From the NCBI GenBank assembly GCA_016932575.1, contig JAFGCO010000011.1, positions 108,321 to 172,320 on the forward strand: 64,000 bases of DNA, in the 5' to 3' direction. Numbering within the stretch: position 1 is the stretch's first letter; every line of letters starts with the position of its first letter. A program made the translations under genes and the position numbers. This document shows positions 1 to 9,952 of the stretch, piece by piece. The notes below the pieces were generated by a model. The model was not told where the DNA came from, did not search any database, and saw only the letters and a program-made list of their open reading frames with translations. The stretch is from a bacterium (GTDB lineage Bacteria > Zhuqueibacterota > QNDG01 > JAFGCO01).

Positions 1-5
1 CTTCT

Positions 6-764
6 TTACCCAAACCGACCCGTTACATAATCTTCGGTTTTCTTTTGGGAAGGATTGGTGAATATTTTGTCGGTTTCGTCAAACTCGATCAGTTCACCCA
101 GATAGAAAAAAGCCGTAAAGTCAGACACACGGGCGGCCTGCTGCATATTGTGCGTCACAATAACAATCGTATATTCATTTTTCAATTCAAAAATAAGCTC
201 TTCTATTTTCTGAGTGGCGATCGGATCCAGCGCCGAGGCCGGTTCGTCCATTAATATCACTTCGGGCTGAACCGCCAGAGCCCGGGCGATACAGAGACGC
301 TGCTGCTGCCCGCCTGACAGGTCCATCGCGGATGTGTCCAGACGATCTTTCACTTCCTCCCAAAGTGCGGCATTTTTCAGGCTTTCCTCAACACGATGGG
401 CGATTTTACCCCGGTTTCTTTCTCCATTGATGCGCAGACCGTACGCGACATTCTCGAAAATCGATTTCGGAAAAGGATTGCTTTTCTGAAATACCATGCC
501 CACCCGCCTCCGCAGGTCTACCACATCTATATTTTTGTCGTAAATATCCTTCCCATCCAGAGCGACTGTACCTTCAATAATCGTTCCCGGAATGATATCG
601 TTCATCCGGTTGAGCGACCGTAAAAAAGTGGACTTTCCGCATCCGGATGGACCGATCAGGGCTGTGACTTTGTTCTTTTGAATTTCAAGGTTGATATCTG
701 TCAAAGCCTTTAAATGGCCATAATAGAAATCGAATTTTTTTGTATACAGTTTTATCTCTGACAT
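6..764 (-). CDS. pstB: phosphate ABC transporter ATP-binding protein PstB
   Basis: 252-aa ORF; Walker [13 protein letters not shown] signature LSGGQQQR, Walker [12 protein letters not shown]; ATG start; last gene of pst operon. Confidence 0.93.
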   Translation of the reverse strand: MSEIKLYTKKFDFYYGHLKALTDINLEIQKNKVTALIGPSGCGKSTFLRSLNRMNDIIPGTIIEGTVALDGKDIYDKNIDVVDLRRRVGMVFQKSNPFPKSIFENVAYGLRINGERNRGKIAHRVEESLKNAALWEEVKDRLDTSAMDLSGGQQQRLCIARALAVQPEVILMDEPASALDPIATQKIEELIFELKNEYTIVIVTHNMQQAARVSDFTAFFYLGELIEFDETDKIFTNPSQKKTEDYVTGRFG

Positions 765-821
765 GCAGTTCCCCGATTTTAATTTCCTTCAGAAGTCTTT
801 TGACTCTCCCTGAATAGAACT

Positions 822-1697
822 CTATATGCGTTTATATTTTTTTCTGAACCGGTACCGTATCCAGATTGCCACGGTATTCATCAGAAGAATCAAAACGATT
901 AAAATAAATGCGGTTCCATAGGCCAGCGGCCGTACCTTGACAATCTCATGATGCTGCGTGGACATGATAAACAGATGATAGGGAAGCGCCATAAACTGTT
1001 TAAAAAGCGCATCCGGAAATTTCGGCAGGATGGGCCAGAAAAACGCAACTCCCGTAAACAGAATGGGGGCTGTTTCGCCCGCGGCGCGCGCCAATCCTAA
1101 AATGGTTCCGGTCAGCATGCCCGGCACGGCATAAGGAAGCACATTGGACCGGATGGTCTGCCACTTGGTCGCGCCTAATGCCAGTGCGCCTTCCCGGTAA
1201 GACATGGGAACGGTTTTTAAAGCCTCTTCACTGGCCGTGATGGTCCAGGGCAGGGTCAGCAGACCCAGAGTCAGCCCGGAAGACAAAACCGACAATCCGA
1301 AATTCAGCATCAATACAAAGAGTGAAAAACCGAACAATCCATAAACGATGGAAGGAACCCCGGATAAATTACGAATGGCCAGGCGGATGAGCCGGACAAT
1401 CCGGCCCTGGTGAGCGTATTCATTCAGATAAATAGCAGCAAACATCCCGATCGGCACGGAAAATATCACCGTGACCAGACTCACCCAGAATGTGCCGACA
1501 ATGGCCGGCCAGATGCCCCCTTCTGTCATGCCTTTGCGGGGCTTATCCGTAACAAACTCCCAATTAACCGAACTGATCCCTTTGGAGACAATATCATAAA
1601 TGATAAAAAACAGGATAAATATCACGACCAGGGTCGCCAGCCGGAGAACCGAGAATCCCAGTTTCTCATTCATTTTTTTCCAGTTTATTTTCATCAT
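822..1697 (-). CDS. pstA: phosphate ABC transporter permease PstA
   Basis: 291-aa polytopic membrane protein of the PstA/PstC permease type; start overlaps pstC stop by 4 nt. Confidence 0.88.
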   Translation of the reverse strand: MMKINWKKMNEKLGFSVLRLATLVVIFILFFIIYDIVSKGISSVNWEFVTDKPRKGMTEGGIWPAIVGTFWVSLVTVIFSVPIGMFAAIYLNEYAHQGRIVRLIRLAIRNLSGVPSIVYGLFGFSLFVLMLNFGLSVLSSGLTLGLLTLPWTITASEEALKTVPMSYREGALALGATKWQTIRSNVLPYAVPGMLTGTILGLARAAGETAPILFTGVAFFWPILPKFPDALFKQFMALPYHLFIMSTQHHEIVKVRPLAYGTAFILIVLILLMNTVAIWIRYRFRKKYKRI

Positions 1698-2614
1698 CGG
1701 TTCACCTTCTGGTATTTTTCCAAAACAAGATCCGAAATCAGATTGACAAAAAAGGTCATCAGAAACAGAATAAATCCGATAACAAACAGCGAGCGATAAT
1801 GAATACCGCCCTGGACGGTTTCTCCTAATTCGATCGCGATGGTTGCGGTCATGGTGCGGATGGAATCGAGAAAAGAATGCGGCATGGCCGGTGCGTTTCC
1901 GGTTGCCATGAGGACTGTCATGGTTTCACCAATCGCACGTCCCATACCCAGCATCACGGCGGCGATAATTCCGGACATGGCCGACGGGATGGTCACCCGG
2001 ATCAGGGTCTGCCATTTGTTGGCGCCCAGTGCCAGTGAAGCATTTTTGTATTCCTGAGGAATAGAAAGAATGGCATCTTCCGAAATACTGATAATGGTGG
2101 GAAGCGCCATGACGGCCAGCAGAATGGATCCATTGATGGCATTAAGCCCGTTTGAGGTTCCAAAAAGTCTGGAAAGAAGCGGACCTACCACAATAATTCC
2201 CAGGAATCCCACGACAACCGACGGGATGCCGGCTAAAACCTCGATCACCGGTTTAATGACTTCACGCACCCTGGGAGGGGCGACATCCGCAATATAGGCA
2301 GCTGTGGCAATACCGATGGGCACAGCGATCAGCAGCGCGCCGAATGTCACCATGAGGGTGCTGATCAGAATGGAAAGGATTCCGTACGATTCCTGGACGA
2401 ATGAAGTGGGATTCCATTTTGTGCTGAAGAAAAATGATTTCAATCCTAATGCTTTAAACGCAGGGAAACCCTCGATAAAAAGCAGGGAAAAAATCCCCAT
2501 CAATATCAGCACAGCCAGCATTCCATGCACAAGAAAAAATTTCTCGATCACCTGTTCCTTGAGCCGCCGCCACCAGACCGGTGTTTGATGTAATTTATTT
2601 TTTTTCAGTTCCAT
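1694..2614 (-). CDS. pstC: phosphate ABC transporter permease PstC
   Basis: 306-aa polytopic permease paralogous to PstA, positioned between pstS and pstA. Confidence 0.88.
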   Translation of the reverse strand: MELKKNKLHQTPVWWRRLKEQVIEKFFLVHGMLAVLILMGIFSLLFIEGFPAFKALGLKSFFFSTKWNPTSFVQESYGILSILISTLMVTFGALLIAVPIGIATAAYIADVAPPRVREVIKPVIEVLAGIPSVVVGFLGIIVVGPLLSRLFGTSNGLNAINGSILLAVMALPTIISISEDAILSIPQEYKNASLALGANKWQTLIRVTIPSAMSGIIAAVMLGMGRAIGETMTVLMATGNAPAMPHSFLDSIRTMTATIAIELGETVQGGIHYRSLFVIGFILFLMTFFVNLISDLVLEKYQKVNR

Positions 2615-2710
2615 CTCTCTTTTATCGATGATTAAAACCGGCTGCCGTAAAACCGTTTTTTCAGGCAGTTTGATACGCCATTAACAAGATTGTCAATCAA
2701 GTCGCAAATG

Positions 2711-2745
2711 AACCTCCGGGCGGTTTTTAAAACCTCCCGGAGGTT
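2711..2745. repeat. GC-rich palindromic hairpin element (AACCTCCGGG ... CCCGGAGGTT) in pstS-pstC intergenic region
   Basis: 10-bp arms 2711-2720 and 2736-2745 are exact reverse complements; related to the doublet at 58397-58461. Confidence 0.5.
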
Positions 2746-2822
2746 TAAAACATCATTTTTAAATGTATATGACACGAGCTTCAACGATAATGACACGTCA
2801 CTCAGTCAAATTTTATCTCTTA

Positions 2823-3707
2823 TTAAAATCCGGCCTTTTTATTCTGTTCAAGATACTCGCCGGCCACCGGATAAAAGGACATTTCTTCGACAATTTTCTG
2901 TCCTTCACCCAGCTCAAATGCAATAAAATCCTTGACCTCGCCGGTTGGTTTGCCGTTCACATACTGATACAAAGCGCGGGTAATCGGATATTTACCGGAT
3001 TTTACATTCTCTGCGTTCAAAGGATCCACAGGCTCCGAATCCAGATCCCGGGCGACTTTCAATACCTTTAATCCTTCACGAACATTGCCTGCATCATCAT
3101 AAACATAGCCCACACCCACATAACCAATACCCGCTTTATCCGCAAGCACGCCTTCGACAATCTGGGCGTTTCCGTTCATGCGTTTCATCCGGGCCGAATA
3201 GTCTTTTTTGCCTAACACATGCTCCTGAAAAAAGACGAATGTCCCTGAATTGGCCTGCCGGCCGTAAAGCGAAACCGGCATATCCGGTCCGCCTACTTGA
3301 TTCCAGTTCAGTATTTCACCCCGGAAGATTTTACCGATCTGATTCACCGTTAAATGGCCGATTGGATTGTCACCGTGAACAATCACGGACAGCCCGTCGA
3401 TACCGACCACAATCTCATAAGGCATAACACCATTCTCTTTGGCCGCGGTCTTTTCTTTATCTTTCATGGGACGTGATGCATTGGCGATCTGTATGCGGTC
3501 GGCGATTAAAGCGGCGATACCCACACCCGAACCGCCACCTGTTGTGGCAATCATGGTTTCAGGATTTTGTTCCATATACACTTCGGACAGACGCTGCACC
3601 AGATTGATCAGTGTGTCAGAGCCTTTGATCTGAATGAAGCCCTGAGCGAATCCCTGAGCTGCAAGCAAGCTCAGCATGATCACTGTGAGTAAACATTTTC
3701 GAATCAT
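2823..3707 (-). CDS. pstS: phosphate-binding protein PstS
   Basis: 294-aa ORF with signal peptide and PstS-like sequence (TTGGGSGVG); SD AAGGAG upstream of ATG. Confidence 0.88.
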   Translation of the reverse strand: MIRKCLLTVIMLSLLAAQGFAQGFIQIKGSDTLINLVQRLSEVYMEQNPETMIATTGGGSGVGIAALIADRIQIANASRPMKDKEKTAAKENGVMPYEIVVGIDGLSVIVHGDNPIGHLTVNQIGKIFRGEILNWNQVGGPDMPVSLYGRQANSGTFVFFQEHVLGKKDYSARMKRMNGNAQIVEGVLADKAGIGYVGVGYVYDDAGNVREGLKVLKVARDLDSEPVDPLNAENVKSGKYPITRALYQYVNGKPTGEVKDFIAFELGEGQKIVEEMSFYPVAGEYLEQNKKAGF

Positions 3708-3768
3708 CTGAATCTCCTTGTTTGTTTAATGGATACTTGTAAAATTCTAATAACCATCAATCATTCGA

Positions 3769-4908
3769 TTACTCGATCAAGATTTTTCCTGTATCATACT
3801 TGTAATAGAGGGTCAGCCGGATCGTCATATCTGAATCTTTACCCTCTTTTGTATAGGACCTGATCATCACATTAGGCATGACATGCAGGTTTCCTGCAGG
3901 AATAAAATCCAGGCCCGCAATGATCAGAGACGTTTCATTATCCTTTCCGTTCGTAACCGTGAGAACATCTTTATCAAATTCTGTTGCAACATGATCACTG
4001 GTATTCGCATCGAACCAGTCATACCGGGCGAACAGTATTAATTTGGGAATCGGAGTCATCCAGGATCCGAATGCGGAAAATCCGGATTTCACGACATCTG
4101 CCTTTGTTCCTGAAATCACACTGTCGACAACCGAAGGATTATTCAAACCGGATTTCAGCCGGGTTTGCTGGAAGATCTCCAGTCCAATGCTGTAACTCAT
4201 GCCTGATAAACCCGCCAGCCCTTTCATGGTATAATAGCCTTTACTGACAAAAAGATCCTTGACCAGATAGTTGTCGGAATTTGGATCCTGCTTTTCATAA
4301 TCGGCATACCCTTCCAGGATCAGTCCTTCGGCCGGTGTCAGCCAGAATGCATAGCCGACTTTTTTGAACCGGTCTTTTTCTGCGGAACCATAACCCGGGC
4401 CGTTCATCACAGTCAGCCAGTGATGCACACTTTCAGAAAGGTCCCCTTTCATTGCGATCCCCATATCGGCGGAAGAACTGATTTTATTCAGGTCCATAAT
4501 GGTCTTTTCGACGGACCGGTATCCCCACAGGTTTTCCGCATTTTTAAATGCGTTCGTCTCCGCAATACCGAGATAGAGTTTATGATTGGGAATCAGATTG
4601 GACCATTCAAGGTAGGCATGTTTGACAAACGGATTGATTTTCGCTTTTTCACCGAAATCACCATGACTCGACTCCAGCCGGAACCGGGTTTTGATATCTT
4701 TTGTCAGATTGTTCTCAAATGTAAAATAGACCCGCCGTATCGAAAATGCATTGAGATCTTTCTGAGCGACATCATGATTCTGGGCGTTGTAATAATAATC
4801 ACCGTAAAAAACGCCCTTGATTTTTGAAACAGTCTCAGCCTGTGTCCACCCGGAAAAAATCAAACAGACCATACATGCGAAATACCAATGTCTTAAAAAA
4901 TTTTTCAT
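3769..4908 (-). CDS. outer-membrane porin, possibly phosphate-selective (OprO/OprP-like)
   Basis: 379-aa ORF with signal peptide and aromatic-rich beta-strand pattern; first gene of the pst operon; SD AAGGAG. Confidence 0.5.
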   Translation of the reverse strand: MKNFLRHWYFACMVCLIFSGWTQAETVSKIKGVFYGDYYYNAQNHDVAQKDLNAFSIRRVYFTFENNLTKDIKTRFRLESSHGDFGEKAKINPFVKHAYLEWSNLIPNHKLYLGIAETNAFKNAENLWGYRSVEKTIMDLNKISSSADMGIAMKGDLSESVHHWLTVMNGPGYGSAEKDRFKKVGYAFWLTPAEGLILEGYADYEKQDPNSDNYLVKDLFVSKGYYTMKGLAGLSGMSYSIGLEIFQQTRLKSGLNNPSVVDSVISGTKADVVKSGFSAFGSWMTPIPKLILFARYDWFDANTSDHVATEFDKDVLTVTNGKDNETSLIIAGLDFIPAGNLHVMPNVMIRSYTKEGKDSDMTIRLTLYYKYDTGKILIE

Positions 4909-5136
4909 ACTTTACTCCTTCCTTACAGTGTTAATAACAATGTTCGATCAAATGCCACCATTCAGGATAAAGATGAATGCATCACTTTTTTTCATCCTGA
5001 ACAATTTCAAACTAAAATCCATTCGTTAATATATCATTTGCGTTTTGTTAGAATTATGTTAGGATGATAAAACCATTTGCATTTCTTGCTGAGTTCCACT
5101 ATTTTCTTGAAAATATTTTTAATACAGGACAATAAA

Positions 5137-5814
5137 ATGACATCACGATTACAGCATGAATTAAATCAGCTTAAAAAGAGTGTTCTTACTCTGGGTGCTG
5201 CTGTCGAAGACGGACTGCACCGGGCTGTGAAAGCATTGCAGGAAAGAGACGAAAAAATCGCACAGAAAATAATCGAATCGGATCATGAAATCGACAATAT
5301 GGAAGTGGATCTTGAAGAGGAATGTCTGAAACTGCTCGCCCTGCATCAGCCCGTGGCCACGGATCTTCGGTTTATTGTGGCAGTGCTGAAGATCAACAAC
5401 GATCTGGAACGGATCGGCGACCTTTCCGTCAATATTGCTGAAAGGGCCAAATTTCTAGCGTTTCAGCCTCCCGTCAACCTGCCTCTGGATTTTCGAAGCA
5501 TGGCCGACGCGGTTCAGAAAATGCTGAAGAAAAGTCTGGATGCCCTGGTGAATATGGATGAACAACTGGCCGGTGAAGTGATCGATACGGATGATCGGGT
5601 TGACAACATGAACCGGGACATGTATCAGCAAATTCAGGAGGCCATTATTAAAAATCCCGGTCAGATTGAAAGTCTCATCCATCTGCTCAGCACATCCAGA
5701 CACCTGGAGCGCATCGCCGACCAGACGACCAATATAGCAGAGGATGTGATTTACATGATCAAAGGCGAAATTGTCCGGCATAAGACAGAGGAGTATCAGC
5801 ATAAAAAGAAATAG
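5137..5814 (+). CDS. phoU: phosphate signalling regulator PhoU
   Basis: Two PhoU repeats (DxxxDxxE-type helices, ERIGD/ERIAD motifs); start moved to ATG at 5137 (M21 of the track ORF). Confidence 0.88.
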   Translation: MTSRLQHELNQLKKSVLTLGAAVEDGLHRAVKALQERDEKIAQKIIESDHEIDNMEVDLEEECLKLLALHQPVATDLRFIVAVLKINNDLERIGDLSVNIAERAKFLAFQPPVNLPLDFRSMADAVQKMLKKSLDALVNMDEQLAGEVIDTDDRVDNMNRDMYQQIQEAIIKNPGQIESLIHLLSTSRHLERIADQTTNIAEDVIYMIKGEIVRHKTEEYQHKKK

Positions 5815-5848
5815 AGCTGTATTGAAGCCCAAAAGTAGTAAACACTTG

Positions 5849-6330
5849 TTTCTTGATTCTTATTTCCTGATTCTTGTCTCTTTGTCTTGTTTCTTTTTCT
5901 CCGCCTCTCCGACACTCCCGCGCTCCGTTTCTGTCTCTCGACCGCAGACCGCAGACCGGAGACCGCAAAGAATTAGTAGATGGGTAAATGTGTATATGGG
6001 TAGATGCGTCCACCACTTCTCCCCACCAAATACACAAATAGGATGAATTTCCACGGCGGCAGGAATGAAGGGAACTCATTTACTCATTTTTTAAATTTCT
6101 TGATTCTTATTTCCTGATTCTTGTCTCTTTGTCTTGTTTCTTCTTCTCCGCCTCTCCGACACTCCCATGCTCCGTTTCTGTCTCTCGACCAACGACTAAT
6201 GGACTCTCTGACTCTACGACCCTGCTTGCTGCCGCTTTTGATTCTTGATTCCTGTTTCTTGATTCTTGTTTTTTCTCCGCCTCTCCGACACTCCCATGCT
6301 CCGTTTCTGTCTCTCGACCAACGACCAAAT
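5849..6330. repeat. three tandem copies of a CT-rich ~80-95 bp repeat unit
   Basis: Near-identical cores CTCCGCCTCTCCGACACTCCC(GC/AT)GCTCCGTTTCTGTCTCTCGACC at about 5895-5942, 6142-6189 and 6272-6319, each preceded by CTTGATTCTTATTTCCTGATTCTTGTCT-type leader. Confidence 0.75.
5940..5967. repeat. heptanucleotide microsatellite (GACCGCA)x4, one unit GACCGGA
   Basis: Direct reading of 5940-5967 at the 3' end of repeat copy A. Confidence 0.7.
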
Positions 6331-7020
6331 GAAAAAAAGCTGTCGTATCGACCGAAGCGGAGAGACTCGGGATCTTAAGAGACTTTGGATGTGCACCATC
6401 ACCGGCTTGATAAATACAATACTCTTTGCAGACCACAGATCCCTCTACTGTGATACTGTTTAAAAACCCCGGGTGCCGAGCGAAGCGAGTCCCCGGGTGT
6501 TTTAAAATACATTATTTTTAATGAAATTAGTGACTATACAATAGCTATGGAATCCAAAGAACACCGTGGATCTATTCGTTTTCACACAGTCACTTCGCTC
6601 AGACCCAAACCAGACGAAAGCGACAGGATGACCGAACCGGAAACGAGGGTTGTCATCCTGAAGGAGTGAAGCGACTGAAGGATCTGTTACTGCCTAAGGC
6701 CCATAAAGACAATAATCCTTGCTTCAACTGCACAATGCTTCTGATAAAACAACCATTTGTCCTGATGTTACTGAAGCCTCTTTAAAACCCGTCGCATCGC
6801 AGGTTCAGATTCTTCGCTCCTTTCAGTCGCTATGAATGACAAAGAGCGTGGTTTTATTATGTCATCCCTACACCAAACTGGCATACCCTGAGTTTATCAA
6901 AGGATAAGTCTCCGAGGAGAATTCCAGCTTCACTCGATTCTTTAATTTCTGATCATAATTTCTCCACGGCTTCCTTATTCTTTTAGTTTAATCTTCACGT
7001 ATATCCCCTATTTCCCCCTT

Positions 7021-7125
7021 GTTTCTTGATTCTTATTTCTTGTCTTGTCTTTTGACTCAACGACCAACGACTCCATAACTCTATGACTCTACGACTCAAT
7101 GACCCAACAACTCAAAGACTCCTCA
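7021..7125. repeat. degenerate copy of the same repeat family with octamer-periodic GACTCNAN tract
   Basis: Shares the leader TTTCTTGATTCTTATTTC and the tail CGACCAACGACTCC...GACTCTACGAC with copy B (6098-6228) but lacks the core. Confidence 0.5.
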
Positions 7126-7180
7126 GAACTATTTCCCATATTTCCTTATATCCCCTATTTCTCCATTCCTTTACTTTCAC

Positions 7181-7220
7181 AAAAAAAGCCCCTTAAGACA
7201 ATCCTTAAGGGGCTTTTTTA
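7181..7220 (-). terminator. intrinsic terminator (bidirectional hairpin) downstream of 7236..8669
   Basis: AGCCCCTTAAG-loop-CTTAAGGGGCT stem flanked by A-run and T-run. Confidence 0.65.
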
Positions 7221-7235
7221 TTCGATATGATTTTA

Positions 7236-8669
7236 TTATAAATTAAACGGATACCTGAACGCGAGCCTCGGCTGCACCCGTTCCTGTGAAATATACTTCA
7301 TGTGTTTGTCGCTCCACACAAAATTCCAGATATAATCCATATAAATCAGCAGATAGGGCTTAACCTTATATCCCACGCCAACGCGTGCCACGGACCGGTT
7401 ATCCAGAGTGCGCACATCTTCGAAGTCGTCAATGCCGATTTTATCATAAGTGGCTTCTGCCTGGATAAACGGAATATTGTCTGAGAGTCCGGCACCGAAA
7501 TGCAAAGCCCCGCTGTTATCCTGATCGTCAATCCGCTGATAGGATCCCATAACCTTCACAAACTTGAAAAAATCAAGATAAAGTGCCCCGTACCAGCCAT
7601 GGCGTTTTTCAGTAATCATGGGCAGCAGCATTTTCTGTGTGATGGGAATATCCAGATCCCGGATAAAATCATATTCTTCCGGTAAAATCCCGCCATTGGC
7701 TTCATAAAAATCCACCAATTGAGCAATCGATGTCTGCCTAAGAACTTCATACATCGGCCCGTAATAATTCGCAATAAAATGCTTGCCGAGGAACCGGCGT
7801 TCAAAATTCACACTCAGGTTAAGGTTGTTCCAGAGCGCATTGAGATCGGCGCGAATACCAATGGTCTGGCCGCTTCCCGTTTTATCACTGCTGATGCCAT
7901 CATCCATCTGAGGAACCGAAACGACAATTTCGTTGAGGGAATTAATCATGTCTTTCTGGCTTTGAGGATCAACAATCGCAGCGTGATCTGCATAGAGCAG
8001 TAAATTCAGCAGATCTGTTTTTACAAGCGGCAGATCAACATCGACGCCCCAGACTCCTATACTTTCATCCTCGCCAAACGCATCTTTTAAATCCACATCC
8101 GTCACATAACTGGCACCGAATCCCAGATTACGAAGCACAGGGATGGATTTGGAATACATCGGACGTACATAGACACGACCGCCGATCACCTGCAAACGGC
8201 CCAGGTTGTTGGTCATGCTTTCAAATCCGGCCATACCAAAATCAACATCGAAAGAAAGCCCGAGCTTTCGTTTATCATAATTGATTTGATTGTTGTAAAA
8301 ATTCAGAATAAAGCCATGTCCGATTCGGGCGGCATCGAGGGCACCGATCCTTGCATAAACCTTGTCCCCCTTAAGCCCCCATCGTAAATAACGGATCATT
8401 CGGGCATAATCATAATCTTCATCCCAATCCTCAGAACGGATCTTTCCGGTATCTGTATTGATCAGCAGATCCAGATTTAATCCGATCCCCAGTTTGCCAA
8501 TACTGATATCAGGCTGGAAAGAAATATTGTAATACGGCTGCTCATCAATCCATGTCATCCCGACGCCGCCGTCCAATTCACTGCCGCCGGTTGCCATATA
8601 ACCGGACCATTGACCATAAACCAGACTTATAAAACACATCAGGCACAGCACAGCAAGGATTCTTTTCAT
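7236..8669 (-). CDS. hypothetical secreted / outer-membrane protein
   Basis: 477-aa ORF, N-terminal signal peptide, SD AGGAGG, own terminator; no family recognised. Confidence 0.6.
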   Translation of the reverse strand: MKRILAVLCLMCFISLVYGQWSGYMATGGSELDGGVGMTWIDEQPYYNISFQPDISIGKLGIGLNLDLLINTDTGKIRSEDWDEDYDYARMIRYLRWGLKGDKVYARIGALDAARIGHGFILNFYNNQINYDKRKLGLSFDVDFGMAGFESMTNNLGRLQVIGGRVYVRPMYSKSIPVLRNLGFGASYVTDVDLKDAFGEDESIGVWGVDVDLPLVKTDLLNLLLYADHAAIVDPQSQKDMINSLNEIVVSVPQMDDGISSDKTGSGQTIGIRADLNALWNNLNLSVNFERRFLGKHFIANYYGPMYEVLRQTSIAQLVDFYEANGGILPEEYDFIRDLDIPITQKMLLPMITEKRHGWYGALYLDFFKFVKVMGSYQRIDDQDNSGALHFGAGLSDNIPFIQAEATYDKIGIDDFEDVRTLDNRSVARVGVGYKVKPYLLIYMDYIWNFVWSDKHMKYISQERVQPRLAFRYPFNL

Positions 8670-8851
8670 TTTCCGGCCCTCCTATGTTTGATTGAGTTTC
8701 GATTTATTTTTTTCAGTTTACTAAATAAATGTGGTATTGTCAAGTTAAAAGGATATTTTAACGGACAGGTGTATTTATAATGAAAAAAATCCTTCGCTTG
8801 GTCTTGTTTCACGGACAAAGCGGATGATTTATCGCTCTATATTCAAATAAT

Positions 8852-9820
8852 TTATTCAATGAATGATCCGGCAAAATCCATTAACTGATGAATCACCTCC
8901 TGAGGATCATCCACGGTCATCAGGTGAGAGCGCATCCTGGAAACGCCGGGCATTCCTTTCAAATACCAGCCGATATGTTTCCTCATTTCTCTTAGCCCCC
9001 GGGAGGCACCCAGTTTTTCAAGAGCCAAATGATAGTGCTGAATACAAACCCGCACGCGGTCTTCGAAAGAAAGATCCGGCAATAGTTCGCCGGTCCTGAG
9101 AAAATGATCTATTTTCGAGCATATCCAGGGTCGCCCCATGACTGCCCTGCCGACCATAACCGCGTCACATCCGGTGGTATCCAGCATGCGTTTTGCATCC
9201 CGGGGAGAACTGACGTCACCATTCCCAATCACGGGGATACTTACCGTGGCTTTCACCTGCCTGATAAGATGCCAGTCCGCCGATCCTGAGAATCCCTGCA
9301 TCCGGGTTCGGGGATGCACCGTGATCATACACGCTCCCTCTCCCTCAATAATTCGCGCTGCTTCAGGAGCAACGACAGAGGATTCATCCCAACCGCTGCG
9401 GATTTTACAGGAAACAGGCGTATCAACCGCGTTCACCACGGAACGGACAATGGTTTTCATAAGCTTCAAATCTTTTAAAACCGCCGCTCCGGAACCGCCA
9501 TTGACGACCTTTTTTGAAGGACATCCAAAATTAAGATCGATCAGCTCGGGAGACAAAGGCGCCACTATCTTTACAGCTTCTGACATCGCATCGGGCCGGC
9601 ATCCGAAAACCTGAATACCTATCGGCCTTTCTTTTTCGGAAAAAACAAGAAGCGTTTTTGTTTTTGCGCTGTTGCGGACCAGTCCTTCCGCACTGACCAG
9701 CTCACTGAACATCAGGGAAACACCGAATCCTTTGACCATACATCGAAAAGATTGATCCGTGATTCCCGCCATAGGCGCCAGGACCGATCGCCCCGTTATC
9801 TTTTCTGTGATTGGTTTCAA
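8852..9820 (-). CDS. dusB: tRNA-dihydrouridine synthase (DusB-like)
   Basis: 322 aa; LAPMAGITD N-terminal motif and FGCP active-site region typical of Dus family; TTG start in track, true start uncertain. Confidence 0.8.
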   Translation of the reverse strand: MKPITEKITGRSVLAPMAGITDQSFRCMVKGFGVSLMFSELVSAEGLVRNSAKTKTLLVFSEKERPIGIQVFGCRPDAMSEAVKIVAPLSPELIDLNFGCPSKKVVNGGSGAAVLKDLKLMKTIVRSVVNAVDTPVSCKIRSGWDESSVVAPEAARIIEGEGACMITVHPRTRMQGFSGSADWHLIRQVKATVSIPVIGNGDVSSPRDAKRMLDTTGCDAVMVGRAVMGRPWICSKIDHFLRTGELLPDLSFEDRVRVCIQHYHLALEKLGASRGLREMRKHIGWYLKGMPGVSRMRSHLMTVDDPQEVIHQLMDFAGSFIE

Positions 9821-9866
9821 AACGAAATAAGTTACAGGACGAAAACGGGTTATGCAAGAATTTTAT

Positions 9867-9895
9867 TTGCATTTTAAAGAAATATTTTGTATAAT
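9867..9895 (+). promoter_or_regulatory. sigma70-type promoter for rpmB (TTGCAT-17 bp-TATAAT)
   Basis: Consensus-like -35/-10 hexamers with 17-bp spacer about 55 bp upstream of rpmB ATG. Confidence 0.5.
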
Positions 9896-9952
9896 TTATG
9901 ACACTTTTAGGGAATGAACCGAATAAATACCATATTACTTTGAGGAAGACCC

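Noticed and set aside
4909-5136. PhoB-type Pho box in the pst/phoU divergent spacer
   Set aside because: No pair of CTGTCAT-like direct repeats at 11-bp spacing could be identified, and no PhoB/PhoR genes are in the window; the operator may follow a different consensus in this lineage
5849-6330. Possible CRISPR array or diversity-generating retroelement repeats
   Set aside because: Units are ~80-95 bp with irregular 130 and 247 bp spacing, differences between copies are not adenine-specific, and no cas gene or reverse transcriptase is present in the window
5759-6463. Track ORFs with repeated peptide VVGRETETEHGSVGEAEKK
   Set aside because: They are translations of the tandem DNA repeats on the purine-rich strand, with no ribosome-binding sites and overlapping one another; treated as non-coding
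6440-7235. tRNA, tmRNA or RNase P RNA in the long non-coding tract
   Set aside because: No T-loop GTTCRANYC with matching acceptor stem, no tmRNA tag-reading frame and no RNase P conserved blocks were found by eye; a covariance-model scan would be needed to be certain
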